Positions 8,220-18,502 of a stretch of DNA of 43,345 bases are shown one piece after another (the stretch's first letter is position 1; each line of letters begins with the position of its first letter). Below the pieces are notes generated by a model. It ran no database searches, was not told the DNA's origin, and saw only the letters and a list, made by a program, of their open reading frames with translations. Made by a program: the position numbers and the translations under genes. The stretch lies in the sequence record OR352933.1. The stretch is one strand, 5' to 3'. Source of the stretch: Escherichia phage AV102.

Positions 8220-11200
8220 TTAATCGTCTCCGAAGTTATTGATGATAGCTCTCGTAGGTGCGAATTCCTGGACCAATGGGACCTGCTTAGTGAAGGTCTG
8301 GATATCCATATTTCCAGTAGCCAGGTCCTGTACCGCCCCCAGTAGACCCGTAACGTAACCCATAGACGCCAGCGAGTGACGTGGAGAGTCCCCAGTGAAG
8401 ATATCCTGCAGAAGCGAGATACCGCCGATGGCGCTCATACCCATAACCGACTCAGCGATAAGCTTCTGAGTGTCGGCCTCTTTGCCGTCCATACCGTGCT
8501 TCGCTATAGTAGCGAGTAGCATCAGCGGGAACTGGTACGCCATGATGTGTGCAACCCCAATCCACCCAGCATCGTTCAGTTCTCGGCGCAGAATCTTGTT
8601 GGTGGCAGCCAGGGCGAAGCTCTGGTAGCCAACGATTACTTTACCAATAGGGTTAAACTGTGCGAAGTGTGAGGTCTCACCGGTACGTACTTGCTGCACC
8701 AGATAATCCATCATTCTGGTACCTACCACCTCAATTTGCATTTGCAGGTCCGGCTGGAACATAGCACCAGGATTAGCTTTGTTAGCAGCAATAGCCCGGT
8801 CAGCGATTTCACGAGTAAGACCGAAACGTTCCAGACGCTTAAACGCCTCAGCGTCGCCCTTGAACATCTGCTGGAGTTCATCCGCTACAATACCTGAGTT
8901 AAGGTTAACCTGCAGTCGATGTACCATACTCATACCGTTGACGTGACGCGCAGCCTGTCCAACGTTCTGGGTGACGTTAAACCAGGAAGCCTGACGGGTC
9001 AGGTCCAAGTTATCGTCTGCGTAGGTATTCAGCCAGCGGAAGCGCATCTCCTTCTGGATACTGCCACGTAGGATTGTATCCAGGCGACTAGCCATGTCCG
9101 GATTACGAATAGCTACGGCACCCTCTTTAAACCAGGGCTGCTCACGCATACTGCGGAGTACTCGGGACATACCAAACTCTTTCAGCGCTAGAGCGGTGTC
9201 AGTAAGCTGGTACAACCCAGAGTTCTTAAGCATGGTAGCGTTGGCCATGTTACCGGCTGCACGGAGCAGGTCCGGCATTTGACCGGCGTCGGCTGGTGCT
9301 CCACCCAGGATAAAGTCAATGGTGTCATTAACGGTCTTCTCCCACTTACCCGAATCGGCTAGGGCGTGTTTGGACTCGTTAATCATCGTCTCCAGCATCT
9401 TGAGGTCAGATACCCCAGCATAAGCCATACCTACACGACCTGACATACGATTGGTGTAACCGTGCATTACCTTGGCTACATCAGTATCCATCAGGTCCTG
9501 CATACGCATAGCCTGACCATCCACGATGTACTCTTTGTCCATGTTGAAGCGGGTACGTTGACGGAGGTTCTTAGCAGGCGAGGTAGCGCCAGATTCTCGG
9601 ACATTACCTGCCAAGAAACTCTGGATTGCACTCTCGTCTACGCCAGCATTACGCATGGCCATAACCACTTCATCATTACCCATACCATTGATGAGTTGCT
9701 TCCACATAGGACCAGAGGCCGAGGAGCGTCCGTTGTAGATACCATCAACCATCTCCTTAGCAACACGTTGAACGACCTCAGGTTCCATAGACGGATACAC
9801 GTCACGTAATGCCTGGCGGAATAAATCTCGGTAGTTATCCAGGGAGCGACCGTTCGCAATACCTTGGCGCATCTTATCGTAGCTGTACTGGCGTGGGAAG
9901 TAGTAGTCTGATTTAATCAGAGTACCTTCATCCACTAAACCGGCAGCGGTCATGTGGTCATGCCACTTACTAGCCCAACCAGAGTTGCGATACGCCTCAA
10001 CAAGCGGAACTAAGTCAGAGTCCGGCAGAGGTACAGGGCGTCCATTAACCTCAGCGCTGTATGCAGAGTCCAAATAACGGCCCAAGCGGTCTTCTAAGTC
10101 AGCGCGAGCTGCTCGGAAGTTGCTACGATGGAAGAAGCGGTCCGTGAAACCTACACCTTTGGCCTTGAGGGCACCAAGTATAGCATCCTCAACTACACTG
10201 GCACTAGCGTCCATCTCCAACGTAAGATTACGTTTGAAGTCCACCACAGACGGTTTACGACCGCCTACAGCAGTAGCGTCAGATACTAATAAGCGTGCCA
10301 GGTCCTCACTACCCTCTGCGATGTTATCATACAGGGAGAACATAGTGGCGAACTTGCGCTTAGCAGTTTCCATCATAGCTTGGGCCTTCAAGGCCTCATG
10401 CTTAACCGATGTATCCGCCAAGTCCTGGAAGGCCTCACTCCGGAAGCTCTGAGCTTGGTCTGCGTAGTCCTTTGCGGTCCACTTGACAGCGTCCTCGTAC
10501 GCGTCCAGAACATCCTCCAGGGCCGAACCCTTGGTACGGACCCCAAGCGCATTCATGATGTACTCACCAATCTGGCGGAGCATGCTTTTACCGGTAGGGG
10601 ATTTAGTTCTAGAGAGGTATTCTACCCACTCAGGGCTGTCGCCTAGTCCGGCCAGCATCTCGTGCACGTCACTGGCATAATACTTAAATTTATCACTAAG
10701 AGTTGAATCTGCTGCTATTGCAGCGCGCACCTCTTCCAGCTTACTAGCAATTTCAGGATTCTGCTTGATGGCTCTGGTGGTGGCAGCGTGAATCAACTCG
10801 TGCACTGCTACTCGGCTAGTGTCCGCATCCATAGCACGCAGAGCATCCCCGGCAGTAGTCCAGGTACTTCCGTTCGCTTTCTTAGGGGCACGTAAAGATA
10901 TAAAACCCCTATCAGTTGTTGATGCTGGTGAAAATCCATAGTGACTACGGTTAGAAGAACCGGCCACCAGTTTAAAGTCGATATCCTGTACTGCGTCACC
11001 CAGGGTGTCCAGGATAGCCTTCTGACCTTTAGATAAGTGTTCAGAGGTCTTGAGGAAACGGACTACGTCCTGCGCTTTCATGTTAACAGCAGCAGTGTTA
11101 TTCCGGCGAACTTGGATAGGTTCATCCAGTACCTTAGTGAGTATTGTGTCCCCTTCTCCTACTCCTGTAACATTAGCATCCCTTGCTGTACGAGTTGTGG

Positions 11201-11918
11201 GCGCGTCCGGGTCAAACATAGGCTCACGCCCAATGCGTGCCTTTGCTGCTGCTTTAGCAGCCTTAGACATGTCCCAGAGCTGGTCTAGTCCGGCTACCCC
11301 TGCTACCAGAGCAGTGACTGCCGCAGACTGTCCCAATTGATCTTGTGCATAGACAGCTGTACCTACATCCGCTGCACGGATAGCAGTACGCACTGCTAAG
11401 CCAGCACGACCAGCGATACCCGCCGCTGACATCGGAGCCAGTATAAATGGAGCATCACCAGCCAGTGCACCGGCGAACCCAGCTACCGTGTTATCAGACA
11501 TCTGACGGTCACGGTCACGCTGTTCTAGCATAGCTTGAATGCGATAATTATAATCATCCAGGGACACCGCCCCGTGCAAGTAATCAATCTCTTCCTGATT
11601 AGGGGTGTAGAGCTTAGCTCGGGAGTCGGTGCTTAGTTGTTTCTTAGCATCAAACCCCTGCTCTGGGACGAATGTTGGGGAGGAGGCCTTTCTAATGGCT
11701 GCAGCTATAATGCTGTTACCAACCCCAGCAGCAAAGCTTTCCCCCGCTGACGTCGCAGGGGTTTTAGCCTGGGCCAGTATAGATGAACGCTGTAGTGCAT
11801 TCAGCCCATCATCTCCTGCGTCATTCCAATCTACGCTTGCAGGCGCAGGTTTAAGTGTTGCGCCCTTAGCAGAATCCTTTTCCTGTGGATTCGGTTCTTG
11901 GTTCAGAAACTGAGCCAT
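8220..11918 (-). CDS. Internal virion protein, gp16-like (ejectosome/core protein); contains an HExxH motif
   Basis: 1232 aa; position and size match T7 gp16; Ala/Gly-rich hydrophobic N-terminal segment; HELIH at residues 373-377 (nt 10788-10802) followed by Glu residues. Confidence 0.75.
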   Translation of the reverse strand: MAQFLNQEPNPQEKDSAKGATLKPAPASVDWNDAGDDGLNALQRSSILAQAKTPATSAGESFAAGVGNSIIAAAIRKASSPTFVPEQGFDAKKQLSTDSRAKLYTPNQEEIDYLHGAVSLDDYNYRIQAMLEQRDRDRQMSDNTVAGFAGALAGDAPFILAPMSAAGIAGRAGLAVRTAIRAADVGTAVYAQDQLGQSAAVTALVAGVAGLDQLWDMSKAAKAAAKARIGREPMFDPDAPTTRTARDANVTGVGEGDTILTKVLDEPIQVRRNNTAAVNMKAQDVVRFLKTSEHLSKGQKAILDTLGDAVQDIDFKLVAGSSNRSHYGFSPASTTDRGFISLRAPKKANGSTWTTAGDALRAMDADTSRVAVHELIHAATTRAIKQNPEIASKLEEVRAAIAADSTLSDKFKYYASDVHEMLAGLGDSPEWVEYLSRTKSPTGKSMLRQIGEYIMNALGVRTKGSALEDVLDAYEDAVKWTAKDYADQAQSFRSEAFQDLADTSVKHEALKAQAMMETAKRKFATMFSLYDNIAEGSEDLARLLVSDATAVGGRKPSVVDFKRNLTLEMDASASVVEDAILGALKAKGVGFTDRFFHRSNFRAARADLEDRLGRYLDSAYSAEVNGRPVPLPDSDLVPLVEAYRNSGWASKWHDHMTAAGLVDEGTLIKSDYYFPRQYSYDKMRQGIANGRSLDNYRDLFRQALRDVYPSMEPEVVQRVAKEMVDGIYNGRSSASGPMWKQLINGMGNDEVVMAMRNAGVDESAIQSFLAGNVRESGATSPAKNLRQRTRFNMDKEYIVDGQAMRMQDLMDTDVAKVMHGYTNRMSGRVGMAYAGVSDLKMLETMINESKHALADSGKWEKTVNDTIDFILGGAPADAGQMPDLLRAAGNMANATMLKNSGLYQLTDTALALKEFGMSRVLRSMREQPWFKEGAVAIRNPDMASRLDTILRGSIQKEMRFRWLNTYADDNLDLTRQASWFNVTQNVGQAARHVNGMSMVHRLQVNLNSGIVADELQQMFKGDAEAFKRLERFGLTREIADRAIAANKANPGAMFQPDLQMQIEVVGTRMMDYLVQQVRTGETSHFAQFNPIGKVIVGYQSFALAATNKILRRELNDAGWIGVAHIMAYQFPLMLLATIAKHGMDGKEADTQKLIAESVMGMSAIGGISLLQDIFTGDSPRHSLASMGYVTGLLGAVQDLATGNMDIQTFTKQVPLVQEFAPTRAIINNFGDD
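11157..11173 (-). promoter_or_regulatory. Copy 2 of the exact 17-bp element, embedded in gp16-like coding sequence
   Basis: Plus-strand tcctactcctgtaacat; encodes NVTGVG in the gp16 frame. Confidence 0.4.
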
Positions 11919-11947
11919 ATTATCTCCTAAAAGAATTTTGATAAGGG

Positions 11948-11965
11948 GAGGCCCCGAAGGGCCTC
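11948..11965 (-). promoter_or_regulatory. Stable hairpin between gp15-like and gp16-like genes: 7-bp GC-rich stem with UUCG tetraloop on the mRNA
   Basis: Plus GAGGCCC cgaa GGGCCTC; on the minus transcript the loop reads UUCG; followed by an interrupted U-rich stretch and the RBS of the gp16-like gene. Confidence 0.55.
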
Positions 11966-11967
11966 TG

Positions 11968-14652
11968 TTAGTGTGTTACCTCAAACATCCAGTTACGCAG
12001 CCCTTGCTCCAGATATTTCTTACGTTTAGGCTGTGCCTGCTTGTAAGCTGGGGTATTGCGCAGTGCTTGCCAAGCCTTACCTTGGGCCTCCGATACAGGA
12101 TACTGGTAAGCCCCTACAGGGGTCTTAGATGCCTTACGTACCTGTGCCACGGCCTCTGCTACAGGGCCAGAACTCCCGTTGCCACCATGATAGTTCAAGT
12201 CAACCATAACCTTCAGGGCATCCGCAGAGGCGCTTAGGCCCTGCCCACGCAGTTGCTTGTTCACGTTCGGGATGTACTGCTGCTCCAGAGAGGATTTCAG
12301 AATGCTGATACCATCGTCGATAGTAACCTTCTTAGGAACAGGCATACCGGAGTTGTTGTGCAGACCAAAACCTACACTGCCGTTACCTCTACCTTCCCGG
12401 AACCCTTCAAACTGCATGATATTGGCGAGAATCTCACTAAATAAAGAGGGTTCTACACCAGCCCCATTACGACCATTGACCTGAACACTTACAGCTCTGC
12501 CGTTGTCATGATCGTAGAAAGTAGCTGGGCGGATACCAACTTGCTCGCTGCCAATCTTCATCTCACCAGCCAGCGCCTTGTTGTAAGCATCCTGCGCAGT
12601 AGATTGAACATCCTGTAGATTCACAGACATAGTCTGAAAGGTACCCTTCTTGTCGAATACGGTGACAGTCATATTCTGTGCTGAGTTGCCTGCTGTAGCA
12701 GCCTGCACTACTACGCGCTCAAGGTTGCTTGGGTCGATTAAGGCGTTGACCTGGTTCTGAATCTGCTGCTGCAGAGACGACTTGAACTGCTCCTGGTCTC
12801 CTCGATAATCCCCCATTAGGGATTGAATAGAAGTCCCAGCTGGCAGGTACACGTGCCGAGGAGCCCCAGAGATATCTAACTCCAGCTTACGGGCTTGGAT
12901 GTTACCTTTGAGCATCGTGTTGATATCATCAGGATCCTTACCAACTAACGCCTCTGGGTTGTGATTGTATACGTACCGATACTCTTCCTCCATAGCGGCG
13001 CGCGCTTCCTGGCGCTGTGCGTCAGCTGTGCCGAAGAAGCTGAACCAGTTAGCAGTGCCACTCGGATCCACCATTTTGTCTGTGGGGTTGCTACTGATGT
13101 TGCTGTAGCGCCCGCTAGCCTTGTTACGGGCCTGGCGACGCAGGTCGTCCAGAATGGTGTTGCTAGCGTTATTGGGGTTCTGTGCAATGGCCTTCTGAAC
13201 CACCCCCTGCCACTCAGATGGGACTTCAGACAGCAGAGCCATCTTACCTAAGTCGGTACTGGTACTATATGCTTGGGCCCACAGGTTGATGCTATTGACA
13301 TTCTCCTTGGACACCTGCCCATCCTCACCTAACTGGTCCAGTGTAGTGAGGGTGCGCGCCATATCCGAGGACATGCGCTTGTATGCTTCATTGATGGCCC
13401 ACGCATCTTTACTATTGCTACCATAAGCCAGTAGCTGCAAGTTCCCCTCTGGAGTGTCTGGGAAGTTTTTGAGTACCTGTGACCGGGCCTTATCCAAATC
13501 CCCTTTAAACATACCAGCTAAGGTGGATGTAGGAAGGTTTCCTGTGATGGCACTACGTAAAGCCTGTGTATCGGCAGTCTTCTCCCTGATAGTCTGAGCC
13601 TTGTTCCAGAACTCCATACTGGTGCCGGGGCTCAGTACATCCGTAGCAGATAGCTCAATCACGCGGTTGCGGATACGCTGCATCGTCTGCTCCTGCTCTT
13701 CTGGGGACTGCCCCTCCAGAGACTGAATTGCATCTGAGATTTCAAAGCGAGCCTGAGTCTCAATCTGAGCCCCAGCACGCTTAAATTCCTGATACAAGGC
13801 AGCATTAACGTCTACAGAGTTAACACCAAGCTCTTTAGTTGCCATTTCCTGCAACTGGTTGATGATTAGAGGGTCCTGGGTCTGCTGCGCTACACTAACC
13901 AGATACTGCTTGGCCCGGTCCAACTTCTTGGACTTATCCAGGTGCTCAGCTGCCAGGATACTATCCAACCCTGTCTTAATTGACATCTGTGCAGCAGCAC
14001 CCTGCCCAGCATCCAGGCGCTGATAGAACTCATCAACGGAGGAGCTGAGCCCACGGTCCAGCGCACGGTCTGCTTGTGCTACTGCAAACTCTGCGCGACC
14101 TTTCTGGAAGGCCGTGTAGTTAGCTAAGCTGGTTGCACGGAGCTGTTGCAGTACCGCCGTAGCGGACTGTTTGGACATATCCGGAAGATACATACCGAGC
14201 TTGTCAGACATAGCTTGAACATGCTCTTGCTCCTGCTGGTGAAATTCCTCATCAGTCAGTCCAGCCTCAGCTGCCTTCTTAGCGCGAGTAATACTATCCG
14301 TACGCCACTTAGCTAGAGAATCGTAGGCCGCAGCAGATACATAACCATCCTGGTAGGCTTCTCGTACAAATAGGTTCTGCTTCTGCACTGCCTCATCTTT
14401 AGAGGCCATTGCATCTACTGCACCCTGGGCATCCATAGCACCCCGCACAGTGGCTGCTGCTGCGTTTTCTTTTACTGCTGCATCAAATCCTATGCCGAAG
14501 TCCTGGACAAAGCCAGAGAGTGCTGCAAGGCGGTTTGCTTTGGACGTGTCTACTACTACATCCCCGACTGTAGAGGGCAAGTTAACCTCGTTGGCCTGCA
14601 ATTGCACGCCGCCGATATTTAGACCCTGTCGGTTGGGTTGAATTACAGGCAT
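11968..14652 (-). CDS. Internal virion protein, gp15-like
   Basis: 894 aa; position between gp14-like and gp16-like genes. Confidence 0.7.
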   Translation of the reverse strand: MPVIQPNRQGLNIGGVQLQANEVNLPSTVGDVVVDTSKANRLAALSGFVQDFGIGFDAAVKENAAAATVRGAMDAQGAVDAMASKDEAVQKQNLFVREAYQDGYVSAAAYDSLAKWRTDSITRAKKAAEAGLTDEEFHQQEQEHVQAMSDKLGMYLPDMSKQSATAVLQQLRATSLANYTAFQKGRAEFAVAQADRALDRGLSSSVDEFYQRLDAGQGAAAQMSIKTGLDSILAAEHLDKSKKLDRAKQYLVSVAQQTQDPLIINQLQEMATKELGVNSVDVNAALYQEFKRAGAQIETQARFEISDAIQSLEGQSPEEQEQTMQRIRNRVIELSATDVLSPGTSMEFWNKAQTIREKTADTQALRSAITGNLPTSTLAGMFKGDLDKARSQVLKNFPDTPEGNLQLLAYGSNSKDAWAINEAYKRMSSDMARTLTTLDQLGEDGQVSKENVNSINLWAQAYSTSTDLGKMALLSEVPSEWQGVVQKAIAQNPNNASNTILDDLRRQARNKASGRYSNISSNPTDKMVDPSGTANWFSFFGTADAQRQEARAAMEEEYRYVYNHNPEALVGKDPDDINTMLKGNIQARKLELDISGAPRHVYLPAGTSIQSLMGDYRGDQEQFKSSLQQQIQNQVNALIDPSNLERVVVQAATAGNSAQNMTVTVFDKKGTFQTMSVNLQDVQSTAQDAYNKALAGEMKIGSEQVGIRPATFYDHDNGRAVSVQVNGRNGAGVEPSLFSEILANIMQFEGFREGRGNGSVGFGLHNNSGMPVPKKVTIDDGISILKSSLEQQYIPNVNKQLRGQGLSASADALKVMVDLNYHGGNGSSGPVAEAVAQVRKASKTPVGAYQYPVSEAQGKAWQALRNTPAYKQAQPKRKKYLEQGLRNWMFEVTH

Positions 14653-14667
14653 TTACTTCCCCTTAGT

Positions 14668-15249
14668 TTACCAGGTGTGTATTTTGCTATTACCCTTGCT
14701 GCCCCATAGGTCATACAAGAATGAATTATCTGCTGCAGGTTCCGGAGCAGTGTCGGTACTATCGGGAGTACTCTTGGATAATTCATTCCCTATGTATTGT
14801 CCGAGCAACTGACCACCGAAGCCTAACGCAGCGTTGAACATCTTATCGTACCCACTCTCCAGGTCCATATTGGCTAGCCCACTATCTACGGCCTTATCTA
14901 CCATCATTCGGTAGCCCTCTTCCTGAGTGGCTTGCTGGGCCCGGATTCCAGATATCTGACGATCTGCTACTGTATTCACGGTTGCTACTGCATCCTTAAC
15001 AGACGCCCCCATAGTACCGGACGCAGCAGCTTGCAGGCCTACCTGACTCTGTGCTTGCAGCTTCTGCTGTTGAACGTTGAACAGGGCAACCTCAGTCCGA
15101 TCCCTGGACTGAGCACGTTGCAGCGCAATATCGTTTAACTGCTTCGCTGTCTGCTGAATTACTGCTTTGTTACGTGCTTTAGCAACCTCGATCTGTGCAC
15201 CAGCACCAAGCAGCTTAGTGCCCGCTAGGGCAGCGACGGCCCACCACAT
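14668..15249 (-). CDS. Internal virion protein, gp14-like
   Basis: Position after tail tubular B. Start moved to the Met at 15249 (RBS GGAGGA upstream, ATG next to the gp12-like stop); the track ORF extends to 15306 inside the upstream gene. Confidence 0.55.
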   Translation of the reverse strand: MWWAVAALAGTKLLGAGAQIEVAKARNKAVIQQTAKQLNDIALQRAQSRDRTEVALFNVQQQKLQAQSQVGLQAAASGTMGASVKDAVATVNTVADRQISGIRAQQATQEEGYRMMVDKAVDSGLANMDLESGYDKMFNAALGFGGQLLGQYIGNELSKSTPDSTDTAPEPAADNSFLYDLWGSKGNSKIHTW

Positions 15250-15250
15250 A

Positions 15251-17629
15251 TTAAATCCTCCGTCTGCGTTGGTTGTAGCGCAGGATATAAGAGATATCCA
15301 GCACATTCAGCTCCTGAGAGCCTTTTGTATACAAAGTGATTTCGGTAGTGTCCGCGTTAGTACGGCACGGGACTGTGATGGTAGCCAAGTCCATACGCAA
15401 GGTCTGCCCCAACGTCAGCTCCTTGGAGTTCATCAAGATACCTGTGAGTTCTCCACTCCAGTCAACATCCCGAGGTGTATCAGTTACATGAACATCAAAG
15501 TGCCCAGAGTTACGTACAGCTACATCCAGACGCAACAAACGCACGTGCCCACTACCAACTAGCTTATCATTCTGATCCCGAAGTACTGGGGTAGTCAGAG
15601 TGAATGCGCTATTGTACCTGCGACCCAGGATATACTGCCCATCAGGAACACCCCGCACTACACTGAGCTGGTTTGTACCGGCAATATCCTTGAGACCCAC
15701 CTCAGTAGGTCCCATAGGACTGTTGGCTGGATACGTGAGGATTAGGTCCTCTTTGTACGTATCTGCCCAACCCACCGGGCGCAGCACTGCGGGCACCTCT
15801 AGCACCCCTCCGCTTACGGTAACTTGTGTCTGCAAGTCCGAGTAGGCGTTAGTGTACTCCATGCCGAGGTTGTATCCTTCGCGTGGGTCCATAGACAGAA
15901 TCAGGAGTTTATTGCCAGGGCTTGGCCCTTGTAGGTACAGGAACACCTCATCTTCGAGCGCCTGCACGCTCAGGATATTATACGGGAATGTCCACTGGTG
16001 CCAGGCTGCTTGCACCTTACCGCCATCCTGTCCACCCCACATGAACTCATATACCAGCAGACTCTTGCGCTGTCCGGACATACGCACAAACGCCATATTA
16101 GTGACACTGGAGTTTTGCATCTGCAGCACCCTCCCAGGGATATACCGAGGGAGGTGCACAGTCGCATCCTGCGTAGTATATTGTGAGGCAGTATACGGGG
16201 ATGGGATAAGCTCCAGAATACCCGCATAGCTGTTGTTGCGCTTGTTTGGGTAAATCACAGTCTGCCCAGCCATTACTGGCGTTACTCGGCTGTCACATTC
16301 GTAGGTGCTAGTGATGCTAATACTGGCGTTAGTTGGAGTAAGCACTACTGACCCAGGCACTACAGCCTGCATGCTATTTGCAAACAGAACCAAGTCTCGG
16401 TTGAATTGTATAGCTGTACGGTACACGGAATCCTGAGCAGATGCCGAGCTAATGCTGATACGGTCTGTATCCAGCAGAGAAGTTACTGTAGAGCGATAGA
16501 ATCGCTGATACAGCCCAGAGGCTGACATGTCCACTACACTACCACTAAGCAGCACCAGACGGCCCTGGAATGCTGCTATACCTGTAATGTAACCATTCTC
16601 AATAAACCCAGGATCCTGATTGTTTTCGTCGTTCCCAGCAAGACGCCCCTCCCATTCACGGGCAATGATGTTATCATCTGATGCCAACTCCCTGGGCATG
16701 TTAGTAATTTTGGAGATGCTACCATAGGCTCCAACTTCAGACCAGGTGCGGGAATTATAGTCGAACTGATACCACGCTGTCTCAGCTGAAGCTGTACCCA
16801 CTTGGCACATCGTACCGTGAGCCTGTGCTGGTAGCTGTGCAGGTAGGTCCTGTTCTTGATGAACCCTACTCTGCCCAGATGCCACGGCGTAGGTGTCTCC
16901 AGCAGACGTACTAACTACGAGATTGGGCAGCCCGGATATATACATATACCCCTCAAAACGGCTTATACTTCCACCAGCCGCCGTAATAGCTGAGCCTATA
17001 CCCTGACCATTAGGATCTCCGTCGATTAAGGCCCTAACTACATACGACGCGGAAACCCACTCTGCGGATTCGCTGTGACTTGCATCAGGGGCATTGTAAT
17101 AACCTGATACGGAACCACCTGTCCAGGATACAGTAACCTCCCAGCGCTTCTGGAAGGCCACTGTCTTGATGTAGAAGAATCCCGTGGTGCTCGGGTCAAT
17201 TCGACCGGTGTTGTCCACGGTCGCATTTGGGGCCATCTCCGTATTCAGGATGTAGGTCAACCCAGCAATGCTCGCAGTCTGGATAGAGGTTTGACCTACC
17301 GTTGTTACGAAGTACGGGTCGTTCCCGCTGTTTACAATAGATTTACCGTCCTTGGACAATAGCCACCAATTACCGTTACTGGTGTTAATCAGCAGGTGCC
17401 TACCGTCGGAACCACGCTCAACGTATTCTGTATACAGGGAGTCTAGGTCCGGATTGTCAATACTACTCTCCCATACAATCTCTGCTGGGGGTCGTCTACG
17501 TATTCCGGATACCGGGTCACTGAGCATGTTCAGTTGCGCCCCAAGTTGCCCAGGCTGGCGCTCTCTTGGAATCTGCTGGGACACGCCCTGGAGCAAACTC
17601 TGAATGGTACCCTCTAGGGACTGGGCCAT
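15251..17629 (-). CDS. Tail tubular protein B (gp12-like)
   Basis: 792 aa, almost the size of T7 gp12 (794 aa); position after tubular protein A. Confidence 0.8.
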   Translation of the reverse strand: MAQSLEGTIQSLLQGVSQQIPRERQPGQLGAQLNMLSDPVSGIRRRPPAEIVWESSIDNPDLDSLYTEYVERGSDGRHLLINTSNGNWWLLSKDGKSIVNSGNDPYFVTTVGQTSIQTASIAGLTYILNTEMAPNATVDNTGRIDPSTTGFFYIKTVAFQKRWEVTVSWTGGSVSGYYNAPDASHSESAEWVSASYVVRALIDGDPNGQGIGSAITAAGGSISRFEGYMYISGLPNLVVSTSAGDTYAVASGQSRVHQEQDLPAQLPAQAHGTMCQVGTASAETAWYQFDYNSRTWSEVGAYGSISKITNMPRELASDDNIIAREWEGRLAGNDENNQDPGFIENGYITGIAAFQGRLVLLSGSVVDMSASGLYQRFYRSTVTSLLDTDRISISSASAQDSVYRTAIQFNRDLVLFANSMQAVVPGSVVLTPTNASISITSTYECDSRVTPVMAGQTVIYPNKRNNSYAGILELIPSPYTASQYTTQDATVHLPRYIPGRVLQMQNSSVTNMAFVRMSGQRKSLLVYEFMWGGQDGGKVQAAWHQWTFPYNILSVQALEDEVFLYLQGPSPGNKLLILSMDPREGYNLGMEYTNAYSDLQTQVTVSGGVLEVPAVLRPVGWADTYKEDLILTYPANSPMGPTEVGLKDIAGTNQLSVVRGVPDGQYILGRRYNSAFTLTTPVLRDQNDKLVGSGHVRLLRLDVAVRNSGHFDVHVTDTPRDVDWSGELTGILMNSKELTLGQTLRMDLATITVPCRTNADTTEITLYTKGSQELNVLDISYILRYNQRRRRI

Positions 17630-17638
17630 GTGCCCTCC

Positions 17639-18199
17639 TTAAATCATGAAGCGTGCACGACGAATACGACGTGCGAATCTAGTCTTACTGGTACTGTACT
17701 TCTGGTTACGCAGATGCTCTCGCAACACCAGGGACTTGTACCGCTCTGCCTCTGCAGCGTAGTTGGCGTAGTTACCGTCACTGCCGAGGTCGTTCAGGTA
17801 CACCTGCGCAGCAGTGTAGTTTGCAATCCACATGGCGGCATGCTCCGGAAGATCCTCAAAGTTAAGGTCCAGTACCACCTTAATCTTAACAGGGGAATCG
17901 AAGTACTCGTCCTGCTCGACCAGGTTGTAAAGGTTCCCGTCGCGTACGCCGTACTTATTGTCGGAGCACGCATCATACACAGCTAGCTGGTTCCATGGAA
18001 TTTTAATAAAACCATCAGTCGTAGGAGTAACCTCCCGCTCAACTACGTTGAACCAGTAACCGGTACTGAGCAATCCTCGGCGATTACGCGCGAGCGCAGA
18101 GCGTGCTAACCCCGCACTAGGGTTTGAAGTGTTGATATCCATAACGCGAGACTCCCCCAGGGCTTCCAGCGTCAAATTAATGGCGTCTAACTCTCTCAT
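17639..18199 (-). CDS. Tail tubular protein A (gp11-like)
   Basis: Start moved to MRELDAINLTLEALG at 18199 (RBS AGAGGA); the track ORF start at 18325 runs through the terminator and poly-A/T tract and is an artefact. Confidence 0.75.
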   Translation of the reverse strand: MRELDAINLTLEALGESRVMDINTSNPSAGLARSALARNRRGLLSTGYWFNVVEREVTPTTDGFIKIPWNQLAVYDACSDNKYGVRDGNLYNLVEQDEYFDSPVKIKVVLDLNFEDLPEHAAMWIANYTAAQVYLNDLGSDGNYANYAAEAERYKSLVLREHLRNQKYSTSKTRFARRIRRARFMI

Positions 18200-18244
18200 A
18201 TTTGTTCCTCTATTAAAGACCCCTAGGACCCTTAAGACAGGGAC

Positions 18245-18290
18245 AAAAAAAAAAAAAAAAGCCCCCGGCACCCGAAGGCACCAGGGGCGC
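18245..18290 (-). terminator. Intrinsic terminator after the capsid module: 12-bp stem with UUCG tetraloop followed by U16
   Basis: Minus transcript GCCCCUGGUGCC-UUCG-GGUGCCGGGGGC then 16 U (plus-strand A16 at 18245-18260); three G-U wobble pairs mean it folds well only on the minus transcript. Position equivalent to T7 Tphi. Confidence 0.8.
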
Positions 18291-18293
18291 ATA

Positions 18294-18491
18294 TTACTCT
18301 TTAGTTTCTGTACCTGCTGCTGCATCAGCTACTGCATCAACAGCTTTGCGGGTACGCTTAGTAGCTTTGCGGCCAGATTCGACCGAACCTACTTGAATGT
18401 GCTTCGCTACCTCAGAGGCGGCTTTTACCGCCTCACGTTGAGCAGCGTTGGCCTGGAGAGTCTCCAGACCGAACACGGCGATCACTGCCAT
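18294..18491 (-). CDS. Hypothetical small protein (65 aa) between capsid gene and terminator
   Basis: Own RBS GGAGG 4-5 nt before the ATG; Ala/Lys-rich. Confidence 0.5.
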   Translation of the reverse strand: MAVIAVFGLETLQANAAQREAVKAASEVAKHIQVGSVESGRKATKRTRKAVDAVADAAAGTETKE

Positions 18492-18502
18492 TTAACCTCC
18501 AA

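Noticed and set aside
17639-18325. Track N-terminal extension of the tail tubular protein A ORF, including a poly-Phe stretch
   Set aside because: The extension reads through the terminator hairpin and the A16/T16 tract; the real start is the internal MRELD at 18199 with its own RBS.
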